41,008 nucleotides of DNA from a virus: the IMG/VR virus record IMGVR_UViG_3300027494_000001, positions 1-41,008 of that record; one strand, 5' to 3'. The first letter of the stretch is position 1, and every line of letters starts with the position of its first letter. Below are positions 16,188-25,116 of the stretch, piece by piece. The notes under the pieces were generated by a model. The model was not told the DNA's origin. It saw only the letters and a list, made by a program, of their open reading frames with translations, and made no database searches. Both the position numbers and the translations under genes were made by a program.

Positions 16188-16362
16188 TCTGCTGCCTTTC
16201 CCGCCGTCTCTGCTCCCGTCGTCTCGTGTACCGCTTGCTGACCAACTGCCTCGCGATTGCGTGACAACGTTTGCTGCACGCCTCCACGACTCGCCCCGCC
16301 GCGGTCTGCAAAAACCGCTGCAGTTCTGGCCTTCGGTCAATCAGTTTCACCCGTGCACTCAT
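16165..16362 (-). CDS. HK97 gp10-like N-terminal fragment, in a different frame from the C-terminal part
   Basis: 65 aa with an ATGA-coupled ATG at 16362. MSARVKLIDRRPELQRFLQTAAGRVVEACSKRCHAIARQLV resembles gp10-family N-termini. It ends at TAG 16165, overlapping the other frame. Confidence 0.45.
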   Translation of the reverse strand: MSARVKLIDRRPELQRFLQTAAGRVVEACSKRCHAIARQLVSKRYTRRREQRRRERQQNAEATTE

Positions 16363-16976
16363 GCGTCCGATCTCCGACAGATCAGATAGGGCAAATCCAC
16401 GCGGTTGAATTGCTGTTCCACTCGATCCACACGATAGGCCAGCCCATCGGAATCGGTGATTGTGTCACCCACTCCAACGTCCAGCAGTTCCTGCAGAATC
16501 AAATAGAACTCACCAACGATCCCACGCCGCCGGCCTGCCTGACTGGTCTCGATTTCCGCCGATGACGTGAACCATTGGCAGCGGATGCCGCTGGTTTGCG
16601 TATCCACCACCTGACGCTCTGCCATGCTCTGCGTTTGTGCCGTCTTGCGTTTGCGTAGCGTGACGGTGTCGGTCAATTGCAGGTGGCAATAGGATCTCTG
16701 GATTGCAGTCTCTGCCGGGTCTGTGTACATGACTCGCCAGACCGTCGTAACGGCCCCACGCCTCACGGTAAACAGATCCCCGACAGATACCCGCGTTGTC
16801 GCTATCGGCGTCCACACGTGCGCCCTGCGAATCGTCTGCCGGTCTGGCTGCTCGATCAACCTCACGCACCGTGTCAGGCTTCCGCCGCTTGCCGTTGTCC
16901 AGGTCGCGGCTTCGCCGAGTTCATCGGTGTTCAAGATTGCTGCACAGTCCAGCGCAAACTGCTCGCGTAGGCTCAT
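16359..16976 (-). CDS. head-tail connector or head closure protein
   Basis: 205 aa, ATGA-coupled, lying between the capsid and gp10-like genes. The call rests on position and general pattern only. Confidence 0.4.
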   Translation of the reverse strand: MSLREQFALDCAAILNTDELGEAATWTTASGGSLTRCVRLIEQPDRQTIRRAHVWTPIATTRVSVGDLFTVRRGAVTTVWRVMYTDPAETAIQRSYCHLQLTDTVTLRKRKTAQTQSMAERQVVDTQTSGIRCQWFTSSAEIETSQAGRRRGIVGEFYLILQELLDVGVGDTITDSDGLAYRVDRVEQQFNRVDLPYLICRRSDA

Positions 16977-17236
16977 TTGCTGGCCCTCTGTGTCTGCTCT
17001 GGCATATCCTCAGCGGATACCTTTGTCAGATACTTTCTGACCACCAATTCCTGCACCTGATTTTCAAGACCGACACGCAACGCCTGTGGAGTCTGCAGGT
17101 CAATTTTGACAGGCTCATCGCCCACCTCAATTTTGCCTGCAGACGGATTTCCAGGACGCTTCGGTCCAACCCGAAAACCGAAGGACTTGCCGCTTGCGGC
17201 TGGTCCCTTGGTGACTGTGATATTCTTGAGTGCCAT
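16973..17236 (-). CDS. hypothetical head-associated protein
   Basis: 87 aa from ATG 17236 (MALKNITVTKGP...). The track start at 17377 would overlap the capsid gene. Confidence 0.45.
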   Translation of the reverse strand: MALKNITVTKGPAASGKSFGFRVGPKRPGNPSAGKIEVGDEPVKIDLQTPQALRVGLENQVQELVVRKYLTKVSAEDMPEQTQRASK

Positions 17237-17343
17237 GTGATCAACTCCGCAAATCCGCCGCCAAAAAATGCCTGCCCACTGTGGCGGACAGCGAACAGGC
17301 CACCGCATCCCGTCGGATGCGGTGTTGCTCGATTTCACCGCCA

Positions 17344-18273
17344 TCAGGTGAACGTGGTCAAAACCGCGTTCCACCATGCGCCGTACCCGATGTTGTATCG
17401 TGCGTAGGTGCCCATCTGCAGCTGCTTCATGTTCATGTCCTCGGCTCCCTGCACGTTAGCGGTCAGGGATTCGCGGGGCTGAAAAATAAATGGTCGCAAT
17501 GGCACGTCAACACGCAGAAGATACCACTTCGCCGCATTGCTCAGATGCGTGCTCATGGCGACGGCTGGCGTGTCCAGCACAATGTTGGTGCCGCCGCTGT
17601 TGTTGAGGATCTGATTGAATGCCTTCTTGGCAATCGTTTCCAGTGCTCGCGGGACAAGCGCGACAAACTGCATCCCGGAATTCAGCCCGGTAATCACGTC
17701 CTCGTGCAACGGTTCGCCGTTGTCGTCCTTGAATCCCATCATCGCGCTTCGGGCTGCTTCGTAACTGCCCAGAAACTCGTCAATGGTTGGAGTGGTGCCG
17801 GTTGCCGCAGCGTAGGTCAAATCGTTGTCCTGGCTGCCGCTGTTGCCCCAACTGTGGTCAGTGTCGAAAAAGAACTGCCCATCGAAACACTGCGTGCTTT
17901 CGCCGTTCACGATCGCACTCATCAGCAGTTTGTCGGGATGTCGTGCGGCTCGCTGTGCCAGTGTGGTCAACGCGCCGTCATACAGCCCCAAACGGTCGTC
18001 CGCAACGTCCTTCTTCTCGATCTCCAGCGAACCTTCCCACTCTTTGTTTGCGAGTGTGTAGGTCGCCCCGCGCAGCTTGTTGTAAACGCGGTCGCCGAGG
18101 TACTCGCGAATGGACGGCATGGCACCGAGGATGCCATACTGCTCATCTGCACCATCGGACGGAGTCACGGTACAAATTGACGGATAGAAGGTCTGCACAG
18201 CAGACGCTTCACGGTTGAACTTCGCGGTGAGTGCTCGGCTTGCCGCGATTGCCTTGGCAGTATCAAGTGCCAT
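17344..18273 (-). CDS. major capsid protein, Mu gpT-like family
   Basis: 309 aa. GAMPSIREYLGDRV ... AARHPDKLL ... CFDGQFFFDTDH ... YARYNIGYGAWW matches the conserved blocks I know from Mu-like gpT major head subunits. Confidence 0.85.
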   Translation of the reverse strand: MALDTAKAIAASRALTAKFNREASAVQTFYPSICTVTPSDGADEQYGILGAMPSIREYLGDRVYNKLRGATYTLANKEWEGSLEIEKKDVADDRLGLYDGALTTLAQRAARHPDKLLMSAIVNGESTQCFDGQFFFDTDHSWGNSGSQDNDLTYAAATGTTPTIDEFLGSYEAARSAMMGFKDDNGEPLHEDVITGLNSGMQFVALVPRALETIAKKAFNQILNNSGGTNIVLDTPAVAMSTHLSNAAKWYLLRVDVPLRPFIFQPRESLTANVQGAEDMNMKQLQMGTYARYNIGYGAWWNAVLTTFT

Positions 18274-18319
18274 TGTGAAAACTCCTCAAACAGAAATGAA
18301 ATGCGGTCAAACCAAACGA

Positions 18320-18913
18320 TCAGGAACCACGAGACTCCAGATCCAGCACGCGGACCTGCAAATTCTTGATCACAGACAGCACGGTGTTCGCTTCGTCCTG
18401 CGTGCTGAATCCGTAGGGGCTGCTGTTCGTCGTGTTGGCGATTGCGTAGTCCGGTGTGCCAGGTGCGGTGTGTGTGATCGTGGTCAGTGCTGCCACTGGC
18501 AACGCGCCGGTCCCAACTGCGTCAATATCCACACGAATCTTCGTGCTGCTGATGTACTCCGTAACCATGCCAATCGGCACGGATGCGGTGCTGATGCTGA
18601 CGCCGACCGTGTAATTGTCCTCAGCGTAGACTTTGCTGCCCACGTCTGCCTGCGCAAATCCGGTGCCGGTCAGCACAAACTCGCCCTCTGGCCAGACCTC
18701 AACAGTCAGATCACCGGCACTGCCGCTGCTGTTGTCGGCCTCACCAACAGCAACACCAACAAACCCATTCACCCCGGTTGCTGTCACGTCTGTGGCGTAG
18801 CCTGCAGCCGTGAGAAATACCAGCGTGCCCTCGTAAAGGTGCACTGACGCTGCCACTGGGTAACTGCGTCGCCCCATCCGCTTTTCGATCACCTGATTTG
18901 CCGTGACGGCCAT
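18320..18913 (-). CDS. DUF2190-like protein, head decoration candidate
   Basis: 197 aa between the scaffold and capsid genes. YEGTLVFLTAAGYAT...FVGVAVGEADNSSGSAGDLTVEVWPEGEFVL fits the DUF2190 pattern. Confidence 0.5.
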   Translation of the reverse strand: MAVTANQVIEKRMGRRSYPVAASVHLYEGTLVFLTAAGYATDVTATGVNGFVGVAVGEADNSSGSAGDLTVEVWPEGEFVLTGTGFAQADVGSKVYAEDNYTVGVSISTASVPIGMVTEYISSTKIRVDIDAVGTGALPVAALTTITHTAPGTPDYAIANTTNSSPYGFSTQDEANTVLSVIKNLQVRVLDLESRGS

Positions 18914-18959
18914 TGCTTAGCCCTTTCAAATCGAAACCAAATCAAACCACGCCTGACCG

Positions 18960-20096
18960 TCAGGCTTTGTTTGCGTGCTTCACGTACTCATCTTCGCTCA
19001 TGCCGAACGTCATGCCGCGTTTCTGCAGGTCCGCAAACTCGGCCTTCAGCCCGGAATGCGGGTCGCTTTCCTGCGGTGTGACGGATGCCGCCAACACGGG
19101 ATTTCGCGCAACCACCAACGCACTCAATGCGGCTTGTGTCTGCTCCACGCTGAATCCAGCATCCACGAACGCATTGAATTTGTCGCCGGCTCCAGCCAGA
19201 TCGCACAACGCTCGGATCTGTTTGCACCGCAGCCGCTCGACCTGTGCCAGGTCTGCGGTTGCCGCCTGAACCACTTCCGGCTGCACGTCGACTGCTGACA
19301 GATCCGCAGCAGGCTGAACCGGTGCCGGTGTCTCTGATTCTACCACGTCCGGTGTCTGCGTCTCCGTAGCCATCGGGGTTCCTTTCGCACTAAAATAGCG
19401 GTCCAAAAATCCTGCAATGCGTGCCCGGACCACGTCAGGCGTTGCATCAGTAAAATAGGTGTCCAGCAGTGCGGTTGCCTGTGCTGGCAGGTTCCGCAGG
19501 TCCGCATCTGCCAGACTGAACAGCCCGGTTCGCGTTGCGGCTGGCGTGTCAACCACGTCCGCCGCTCTTAGTCTCGCGAATCGCATCGGCCACCGCGCTG
19601 CCTTGCGGTCTGCCGGTGCCATGTCTGGCAATGCGTCCTGCCACTGCTGTAGATTTGATTCGTCCAGTGCCGTCGCGATGCTCACGCCGAAGGCTTCGGG
19701 ATCTTGTTCGGCCATGTCCAGAACATACGTTCCCAGATCGCCCTGCGGACTCGTGAATGCCGCATCTGCAATGTGCAGATCCGCTCGAACGGTGTCGCCG
19801 TCCAATCGGAAATTCGCCCACCTGCCCAGATACGAACCCATGCCGTCATTGGACATATTCGGATGCGTGAATCGGGCTTTGATGCCGCCACGGGACGATT
19901 GCCCGAAGTCCACCACCTGCTGCAGTGTCTGCATGTCGGCTGTCCACGGTCGCGCATCGCCTTCATTCAGGATTCCGGCCTGCATGATGGACGCGCCGTA
20001 AATGACATTGCCCTGACGGTCTACGCGCTGTGGTGCGGTGCGTGATGCGTCCGTCCGGAACATGCCTGCAGCGGGTGCTGTGTCAATTTGTGGCAT
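18960..20096 (-). CDS. prohead protease / scaffold fusion
   Basis: 378 aa from ATG 20096 (GAGGG nine nt upstream). The N-terminal half has IKARFTHPNMSNDGMGSYLGRWANFRLDGDTVRADLHI, like the His region of HK97-type S78 proteases. The C-terminal half is acidic and helical, like a scaffold. Confidence 0.55.
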   Translation of the reverse strand: MPQIDTAPAAGMFRTDASRTAPQRVDRQGNVIYGASIMQAGILNEGDARPWTADMQTLQQVVDFGQSSRGGIKARFTHPNMSNDGMGSYLGRWANFRLDGDTVRADLHIADAAFTSPQGDLGTYVLDMAEQDPEAFGVSIATALDESNLQQWQDALPDMAPADRKAARWPMRFARLRAADVVDTPAATRTGLFSLADADLRNLPAQATALLDTYFTDATPDVVRARIAGFLDRYFSAKGTPMATETQTPDVVESETPAPVQPAADLSAVDVQPEVVQAATADLAQVERLRCKQIRALCDLAGAGDKFNAFVDAGFSVEQTQAALSALVVARNPVLAASVTPQESDPHSGLKAEFADLQKRGMTFGMSEDEYVKHANKA

Positions 20097-22071
20097 TGGC
20101 TTCATCCCTCGCTCGCATTTGTTTCTGAACCTTGCCGGCCCATGCCTGCCCAGGATCTCCGCCCCACAGTGCCCACGCAATCCGACCGTTTGACGGATAG
20201 CCCGGTTCACCCTGGCTGAATCCCTCGCCCTGTTTGTCAACCTCGTGACGTGCAAAGAACGAGACCATGCGGTTGATGGTGCTTGGGCTGACAGCTTTCC
20301 CGTTGCTCAAGTCCCGTGCTCTGGCAACGCCAACAGCAGTGCCACCACGCTTGTACTCGCGTCGCCATTCCAGGCCTTGGCGTGCTTCATCCCTGACGCC
20401 TTGGGGCGGTCTGAATTCGATGCCGGCATATTTCTTCGGGGTCGCCAGCATCGCAATGCGGGCATTCTGGCCCATGTCTGTCGCGTCGTCTGTGTTGTCC
20501 GTGTCGTCCTCTGTGTCCTGCGTGCCGTCCAGCCCTAACGATGCCCGATAGGCTGCCACGCGGGCTTCCATGTCGGCCTTCACCAACTGCTCACGCTCGA
20601 TCTGCTGCAAAGTCTCGTCAAAGTCCCGACCACGCGCCGCCAGTGATTCCGTCTGCGTCGTCAGACCTGCAGAGATTGCTGCAACGTCTGCCTTGACCTC
20701 TTTTTCCGGGTCAACCCACGGCCAGCCGGGTGGAATCCATTGATGCTGCAGGAAATGGTCTCTGTTTTCTTCGTAGGTGATTGCATCAACTGGCAACAAA
20801 CCTTGCATGACAGCCCTGTCAATGAATCGGCCCCAGACCTTGCGCAACACCTGTTCAATCAGACAATACTGCCAATTTTTGAACGTGATCCGGCCATCAA
20901 TCAACGCCAACCGTCCGCCGCTGAAATTGTTCGTGAACTGCTTCGCCAGCAGTTCATACGGATACCGCAAGGCAGCCGCAACGCCGTGCAAGGCCCATTC
21001 GACATACGGCCCCAGCGTCGTTCCTGGTCGTGCCGGGTCGCTGAACTGGACGCCTTCACCATCGGCCAGATATTGAATGGTGCCGGGTGCCAAATCCTCA
21101 AGACTGCTGCGCCCAGCCAATCGGCCAGACTGTGCCATCGTTGTAGGATCTGTGACACCCGTAATAAACGCCCCGTAACATGCTGCCACCTGCTCGGCCA
21201 CAAGGTGCGCGTGAACGAAGTCCTTCAGATCCTTTAGCTTGCCCATTGCAGGGGACAGCCACGGGACGCCTCGCAATTGCCCAGGCGTCAGTTCTTCGTA
21301 GCAGTGCAGCAGGTCCACCAAACTTACTTCGTCCTCTTTCACGTCCACCTGCCATGAATCGTACGGCAGGCTGCGTCGAACGAACGCCGCAATCGGCTTG
21401 TTATTATTGTCCAGTCTCAAACCCAGTCGCCGGCGTTCGTTTGCCTGCATCCGGCTGTACGTGATGACCGGAATTCTGGACGGGCTGATGACTTGCACCG
21501 TCAACGTAACGGGCTTTTCCGGATTCGCATCGTCGGCCATGTGTAGCCACGATTCGCCGTAAATCGCGTTGCACCGTTCCAGCATTCGCTGCTTCGCGAA
21601 AAACTGCTCGGATTCTGCCCACTTGGCAAAGTACCACTCCGACATTACGCGGAATTCCTCCGCCTGTCGCGGTGTCAGAATTCCACGCTCAGCCTGCACT
21701 CGGCACTGCGGACGAATGCCGGTCCCAATGACGTTGTCCACACGTCCGTTAATTGCTGACGCCGCAAACACGTCGTTCCGATACAGATCGTTGGCGCGGT
21801 CGATCAACCGCTCCAGTTCGTCCTGCAGCTGGTCGTTGCTGGTGTTCTTCGGGGTGATCCAGTTTTCCCCGCGTAGACGATCGTTGCCCGCCGCTTCGTA
21901 GGCTGCGAAATTGTCAGCAGCCCGTGCCGCCAGCATCATCCGCAATTCATGGTCAACACGCGCCTTCACCCGGCCTGCAGCCCAGCGCGGGGAGACTCGC
22001 TGAATGACGGAATCCAGCCGCGTGTACTGTGCAGCGGACTTCACGCGGTCGGCATAGTTTGGCTGGCTCAT
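20083..22071 (-). CDS. portal protein, lambda gpB family, with an extra C-terminal domain
   Basis: 662 aa. YEAAGNDRLRGENW...LERLIDRANDLYRNDVFAASAINGRVDNVIGTGIRPQ matches the lambda-family portal N-terminal signature. ATGA-coupled to the gpW-like gene. Confidence 0.85.
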   Translation of the reverse strand: MSQPNYADRVKSAAQYTRLDSVIQRVSPRWAAGRVKARVDHELRMMLAARAADNFAAYEAAGNDRLRGENWITPKNTSNDQLQDELERLIDRANDLYRNDVFAASAINGRVDNVIGTGIRPQCRVQAERGILTPRQAEEFRVMSEWYFAKWAESEQFFAKQRMLERCNAIYGESWLHMADDANPEKPVTLTVQVISPSRIPVITYSRMQANERRRLGLRLDNNNKPIAAFVRRSLPYDSWQVDVKEDEVSLVDLLHCYEELTPGQLRGVPWLSPAMGKLKDLKDFVHAHLVAEQVAACYGAFITGVTDPTTMAQSGRLAGRSSLEDLAPGTIQYLADGEGVQFSDPARPGTTLGPYVEWALHGVAAALRYPYELLAKQFTNNFSGGRLALIDGRITFKNWQYCLIEQVLRKVWGRFIDRAVMQGLLPVDAITYEENRDHFLQHQWIPPGWPWVDPEKEVKADVAAISAGLTTQTESLAARGRDFDETLQQIEREQLVKADMEARVAAYRASLGLDGTQDTEDDTDNTDDATDMGQNARIAMLATPKKYAGIEFRPPQGVRDEARQGLEWRREYKRGGTAVGVARARDLSNGKAVSPSTINRMVSFFARHEVDKQGEGFSQGEPGYPSNGRIAWALWGGDPGQAWAGKVQKQMRARDEANATN

Positions 22072-22301
22072 TGGCTGAACCTCACCAGATTACGAGCGCC
22101 ATGAATGCCGCCGCTCGCCTGTCGCCGCAGATCGGCTATGCGTGCGTCCAATTCCGCCAGCCATTCCGAAGTCGGCTCCTTCTGGACCATTTGCCCGTCC
22201 AGCGTGTACGCAACCACCGGCGCACCACCCAACAAAGCCGATTCGACTTTGTCGCGGATGCCTTCGTAGAGTGCCAATCGTTCGGTTGCGGATCGTGCCA
22301 T
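22068..22301 (-). CDS. gpW-like head-tail joining protein
   Basis: 77 aa. It sits between terminase and portal, as in lambda. The pattern GG-x-VV-x-Y-x-LDG-x-x-V ... L-x-x-LDARIADL resembles gpW. Confidence 0.55.
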   Translation of the reverse strand: MARSATERLALYEGIRDKVESALLGGAPVVAYTLDGQMVQKEPTSEWLAELDARIADLRRQASGGIHGARNLVRFSQ

Positions 22302-22360
22302 GCTCGCACAATCGCAGACGCTTGCGCTGTTGTCGCCTGTGGTCTACCAAAACACTGGTA

Positions 22361-22558
22361 TCAACTGCCCGAAATCACCGTCTTAAACCTATTGCCACAC
22401 GAACAGGCCCGGTGCTGAATTCGCACGCCGTCTGTCTCGTGGCTGCAGTAGGCCGTCGCGAATTTGCCGCATGACGGACACATGCCGAACCCCGGAACAG
22501 CGTGCCGCGGTGTGTATTCTCGCCGTTCTGTGTATGCGGGGCTTTTTGGCGGTTTCAT
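22361..22558 (-). CDS. Zn-ribbon protein (Ogr/Delta-like C-x2-C ... C-x-C)
   Basis: 65 aa, ATGA-coupled to the TerL stop. Contains MCPSCGKFATAYCSHETDGVRIQHRACSCGNRFKTV. Confidence 0.4.
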   Translation of the reverse strand: MKPPKSPAYTERREYTPRHAVPGFGMCPSCGKFATAYCSHETDGVRIQHRACSCGNRFKTVISGS

Positions 22559-24582
22559 CGCAGATTCCTCACGAATTTCTGTGCTTTTTTACCCGAAATC
22601 ACGCCTTTTGCAGCCTGAATTTCCGCCTGCCGCTGCCTCTGAGATTCTACCGTGTCGCTGTCGTAACGCAAAATCGACAGCCCGACAAACGACAGATACG
22701 CCGCGTCCAGCAGGTGGTTGCGCGTGAATGTCTGCTGCCACTTCGTCACAGATCCTTTGCCGACCTCAAACGCTGTGACCTCGCGTTCTGCGGTCAACTG
22801 TTTGGCCAATTCAATGCGGTGCTCTGGCTGATCAGTCGCCGGCAGCAACAATGCCTGCGGAGATTCAACGGGAACGCTCAACGCCTGATGTACTCTACGC
22901 TTCCACAGGTCCGCGTTGTTCTGGTATTCGCGATAACGTCCGGCAGATCCGGTGCACAGCACGTCATGCCAGCCCTCACCTAGTTTCACCGTGATTTTTG
23001 AGCGGTCCCGCGGTGCGTTGTAAACCTGCCCGAGGTGCTGCTTGAATCCAAAACCCTTGCTGGTGTTCCACAGGCTGTGTTGAGCGGCTTCCTCGCGGAT
23101 GATGTCGGTCTCCCAACCGGCGTCAATCAGAACAATGTCTGCCGACCGATTGCCGCTATCGGATTGCCACCCCGAATCGAACTTTTCCTGCAGCAGTCGG
23201 ATAGCCTGCCGAAGTGCGGTTTTCAGGTCCGCCAGATCTCGCTGCACTGGCTCGAAACCGTAATCAATACAGATCGGCTGTCCGTCCCGCTGCTCCGCCG
23301 TGACGAACCAATCCAGTTGTGCCGCTCGCACGTCCACGCCTGCAGCAATGCGAACAGTCTCCGGCGGGATCTGTCCACGCCGGTAATCGCTCTGGCGGTG
23401 CATGATCGTCCGGAAGTCCAGCGGTTCGACGGCCTGCTCCTTCGGCTGTGCCGGAAGTGCCCACGTCCACTGCAGCAACTCCCGCTCACTGTTGTCCGCG
23501 TCGATTTCTCGCTTTCCTCGCCATTCATCGGCCCCGACAATTGCCGCAGTCACAAACGTATTTGTGGCTGCCGAGTATCTGAACCCCATTGTTTTTGTTG
23601 CCGGTATGTCGCCGGTGACAATGCCGGCGGAATCAATGTGCTGCCCGCGGTGTCGGAGTTTTGCACGCTGAAGCATCTCCCGCCGCTTCGCATCATCGAA
23701 CAGCCACCCGCATAACGGACAGGCCCATCGGCTGTTGGCTTCCGCTTCTGCCTCTGACTGTGCCTCTTGCCAGCCGTGAAGGTGCTCACGACTCGGACAC
23801 ACGTAATCTCCGCAGGAGTCGCACGGGAAAACCACCTCGCCCGCGGTCCCGTTCTGGTACTCCTGCCAGATCCGGCCATCCTCGACGGTCACAGTTGATT
23901 CCAGGTAAATCCTCGCCTGCCCGCTCGCTCGGTATGCTCGAACGCGACCCTCCATCTGCTTCAGCTTAGTGGCTTCGTCAGACTTGCCACCGACTTCATC
24001 GAGATGTGACACCTCAGTCACCACCAGCACAGGCCCGGTAAAGCCGGCGCGCTTTTCGTCACCACCGCCCGCTGTAATGAATTTCAGGTTGGCCCCGTTT
24101 GTAAACTGGATCAGCTCCGGAGTGCTGCCACGGCTGCCGGCTCCTCTCCGCGGCAGAAATCGCGCGTATTGGCTGGCCTCGATTGCCGGTTTGATGTCCA
24201 GCTGCCATTTGTCGTTTGCCATCTCCATTGACGGCAAGCCGAACAGCACTGTTTGCTGTCGCTCAAACAAGTGATAGAGAATCGGAACCACAACGAACGC
24301 CAACGTCTTGCCTGACTGCTGCGGACCCGTGCACGCAAACCGGAAGAAATTGCCAGCGTCCACGGCGTCGAAAAACAGCCCATGCGCCGGCTGTCTGTTG
24401 CACCGAAATCGCTGTCCCTGAAACGGCCCATCAGGCAGGATGATTTCGGATTCAGCGAACTGGCGAAGGCTCCGAAATGGTCGGATGATCACATGCCGCC
24501 GGAAAATGTCAGCCAACGCTCGCCGGCTCGTTTTCGCGTATTCCGTCCACGGTATCGTATTCGGCGGTGTCTGCATGTGCAT
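22555..24582 (-). CDS. terL: terminase large subunit, lambda gpA family
   Basis: 675 aa. Walker A is TGPQQSGKT. It also has a gpA-type N-terminal block (FAESEIILPDGPFQGQRF) and an internal Cys cluster (CDSCGDYVCP ... CPLCG). Confidence 0.85.
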   Translation of the reverse strand: MHMQTPPNTIPWTEYAKTSRRALADIFRRHVIIRPFRSLRQFAESEIILPDGPFQGQRFRCNRQPAHGLFFDAVDAGNFFRFACTGPQQSGKTLAFVVVPILYHLFERQQTVLFGLPSMEMANDKWQLDIKPAIEASQYARFLPRRGAGSRGSTPELIQFTNGANLKFITAGGGDEKRAGFTGPVLVVTEVSHLDEVGGKSDEATKLKQMEGRVRAYRASGQARIYLESTVTVEDGRIWQEYQNGTAGEVVFPCDSCGDYVCPSREHLHGWQEAQSEAEAEANSRWACPLCGWLFDDAKRREMLQRAKLRHRGQHIDSAGIVTGDIPATKTMGFRYSAATNTFVTAAIVGADEWRGKREIDADNSERELLQWTWALPAQPKEQAVEPLDFRTIMHRQSDYRRGQIPPETVRIAAGVDVRAAQLDWFVTAEQRDGQPICIDYGFEPVQRDLADLKTALRQAIRLLQEKFDSGWQSDSGNRSADIVLIDAGWETDIIREEAAQHSLWNTSKGFGFKQHLGQVYNAPRDRSKITVKLGEGWHDVLCTGSAGRYREYQNNADLWKRRVHQALSVPVESPQALLLPATDQPEHRIELAKQLTAEREVTAFEVGKGSVTKWQQTFTRNHLLDAAYLSFVGLSILRYDSDTVESQRQRQAEIQAAKGVISGKKAQKFVRNLR

Positions 24583-25027
24583 ATGCGTTGTCCAATCCCC
24601 GCAGGACTTCGGCGTTCGCCTCCTCCAGCATTTCCCACACGTCGTTGTTGCCCATTCGCTTCACGTGCTCGGCCAGTCGCCTGTACGGTCCCAGAATGGC
24701 CTGAACAGCCTCCTCAAAATCATTCAGCCTGACAATCTGCTGCCGCTGCTCCGCCAGTTTGATTTCTTCGATCTGTGCCTTGGCCATCCGGTACCGCTCA
24801 AGACCTTCCGACTCTGACCCCACCAGCATTTCGTCGCCGTTTGCCGGACTTGGTGCCGTGCCCTCGGTCCTGTTGTTCCACCACAGCACACCAGCATAAA
24901 TCTCGACCGTGTTGTCCTTATCGAATGGCGGGAAGGTTGGATCGTGTTTGCATTTGGTCAAGGCCGGGGAGCTGCAGCCGAGAATTCTGGCCAACTCAGA
25001 CTGGTTGCAGCGTTTTCGGTATCCCAT
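24509..25027 (-). CDS. terS: terminase small subunit
   Basis: 172 aa. N-terminal HTH (CNQSELARILGCSSPALTKC) followed by a helical C-terminal part. It is immediately upstream of TerL and overlaps it by 74 nt. Confidence 0.65.
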   Translation of the reverse strand: MGYRKRCNQSELARILGCSSPALTKCKHDPTFPPFDKDNTVEIYAGVLWWNNRTEGTAPSPANGDEMLVGSESEGLERYRMAKAQIEEIKLAEQRQQIVRLNDFEEAVQAILGPYRRLAEHVKRMGNNDVWEMLEEANAEVLRGLDNAYAHADTAEYDTVDGIRENEPASVG

Positions 25028-25116
25028 GCGTTGTAATAACCCAGTTCAAAACCCAAAAACACAAAAATTCAGGGATGGTGAAACACCGCACGGCCCAAAC
25101 CCCCTAGGGAGGACCC

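Noticed and set aside
16188-16340. TTG start at 16340 for a single 285-aa gp10-like protein.
   Set aside because: The first ~50 codons (TEGQNCSGFCRPRRGESW...) look non-coding. They overlap a better ORF in another frame that begins at an ATGA-coupled ATG (16362) and resembles gp10 N-termini.
18951-18965. Small hairpin (gcctgac-c-gtcaggc) with a T-rich tail at the stop of the protease/scaffold gene, considered as a terminator.
   Set aside because: The stem is only 5-6 bp once a viable loop is allowed, and it overlaps the stop codon. It could attenuate transcription before the decoration and capsid genes, but the evidence is too thin to annotate.
20097-20255. Upstream extension of the protease/scaffold ORF (track start 20255; alternative ATG 20105).
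   Set aside because: The extension would overlap the portal gene by 172 nt and translates as Arg-rich junk. ATG 20105 has its GAGGG directly abutting the start codon. ATG 20096 has the same GAGGG at a 9-nt spacing.
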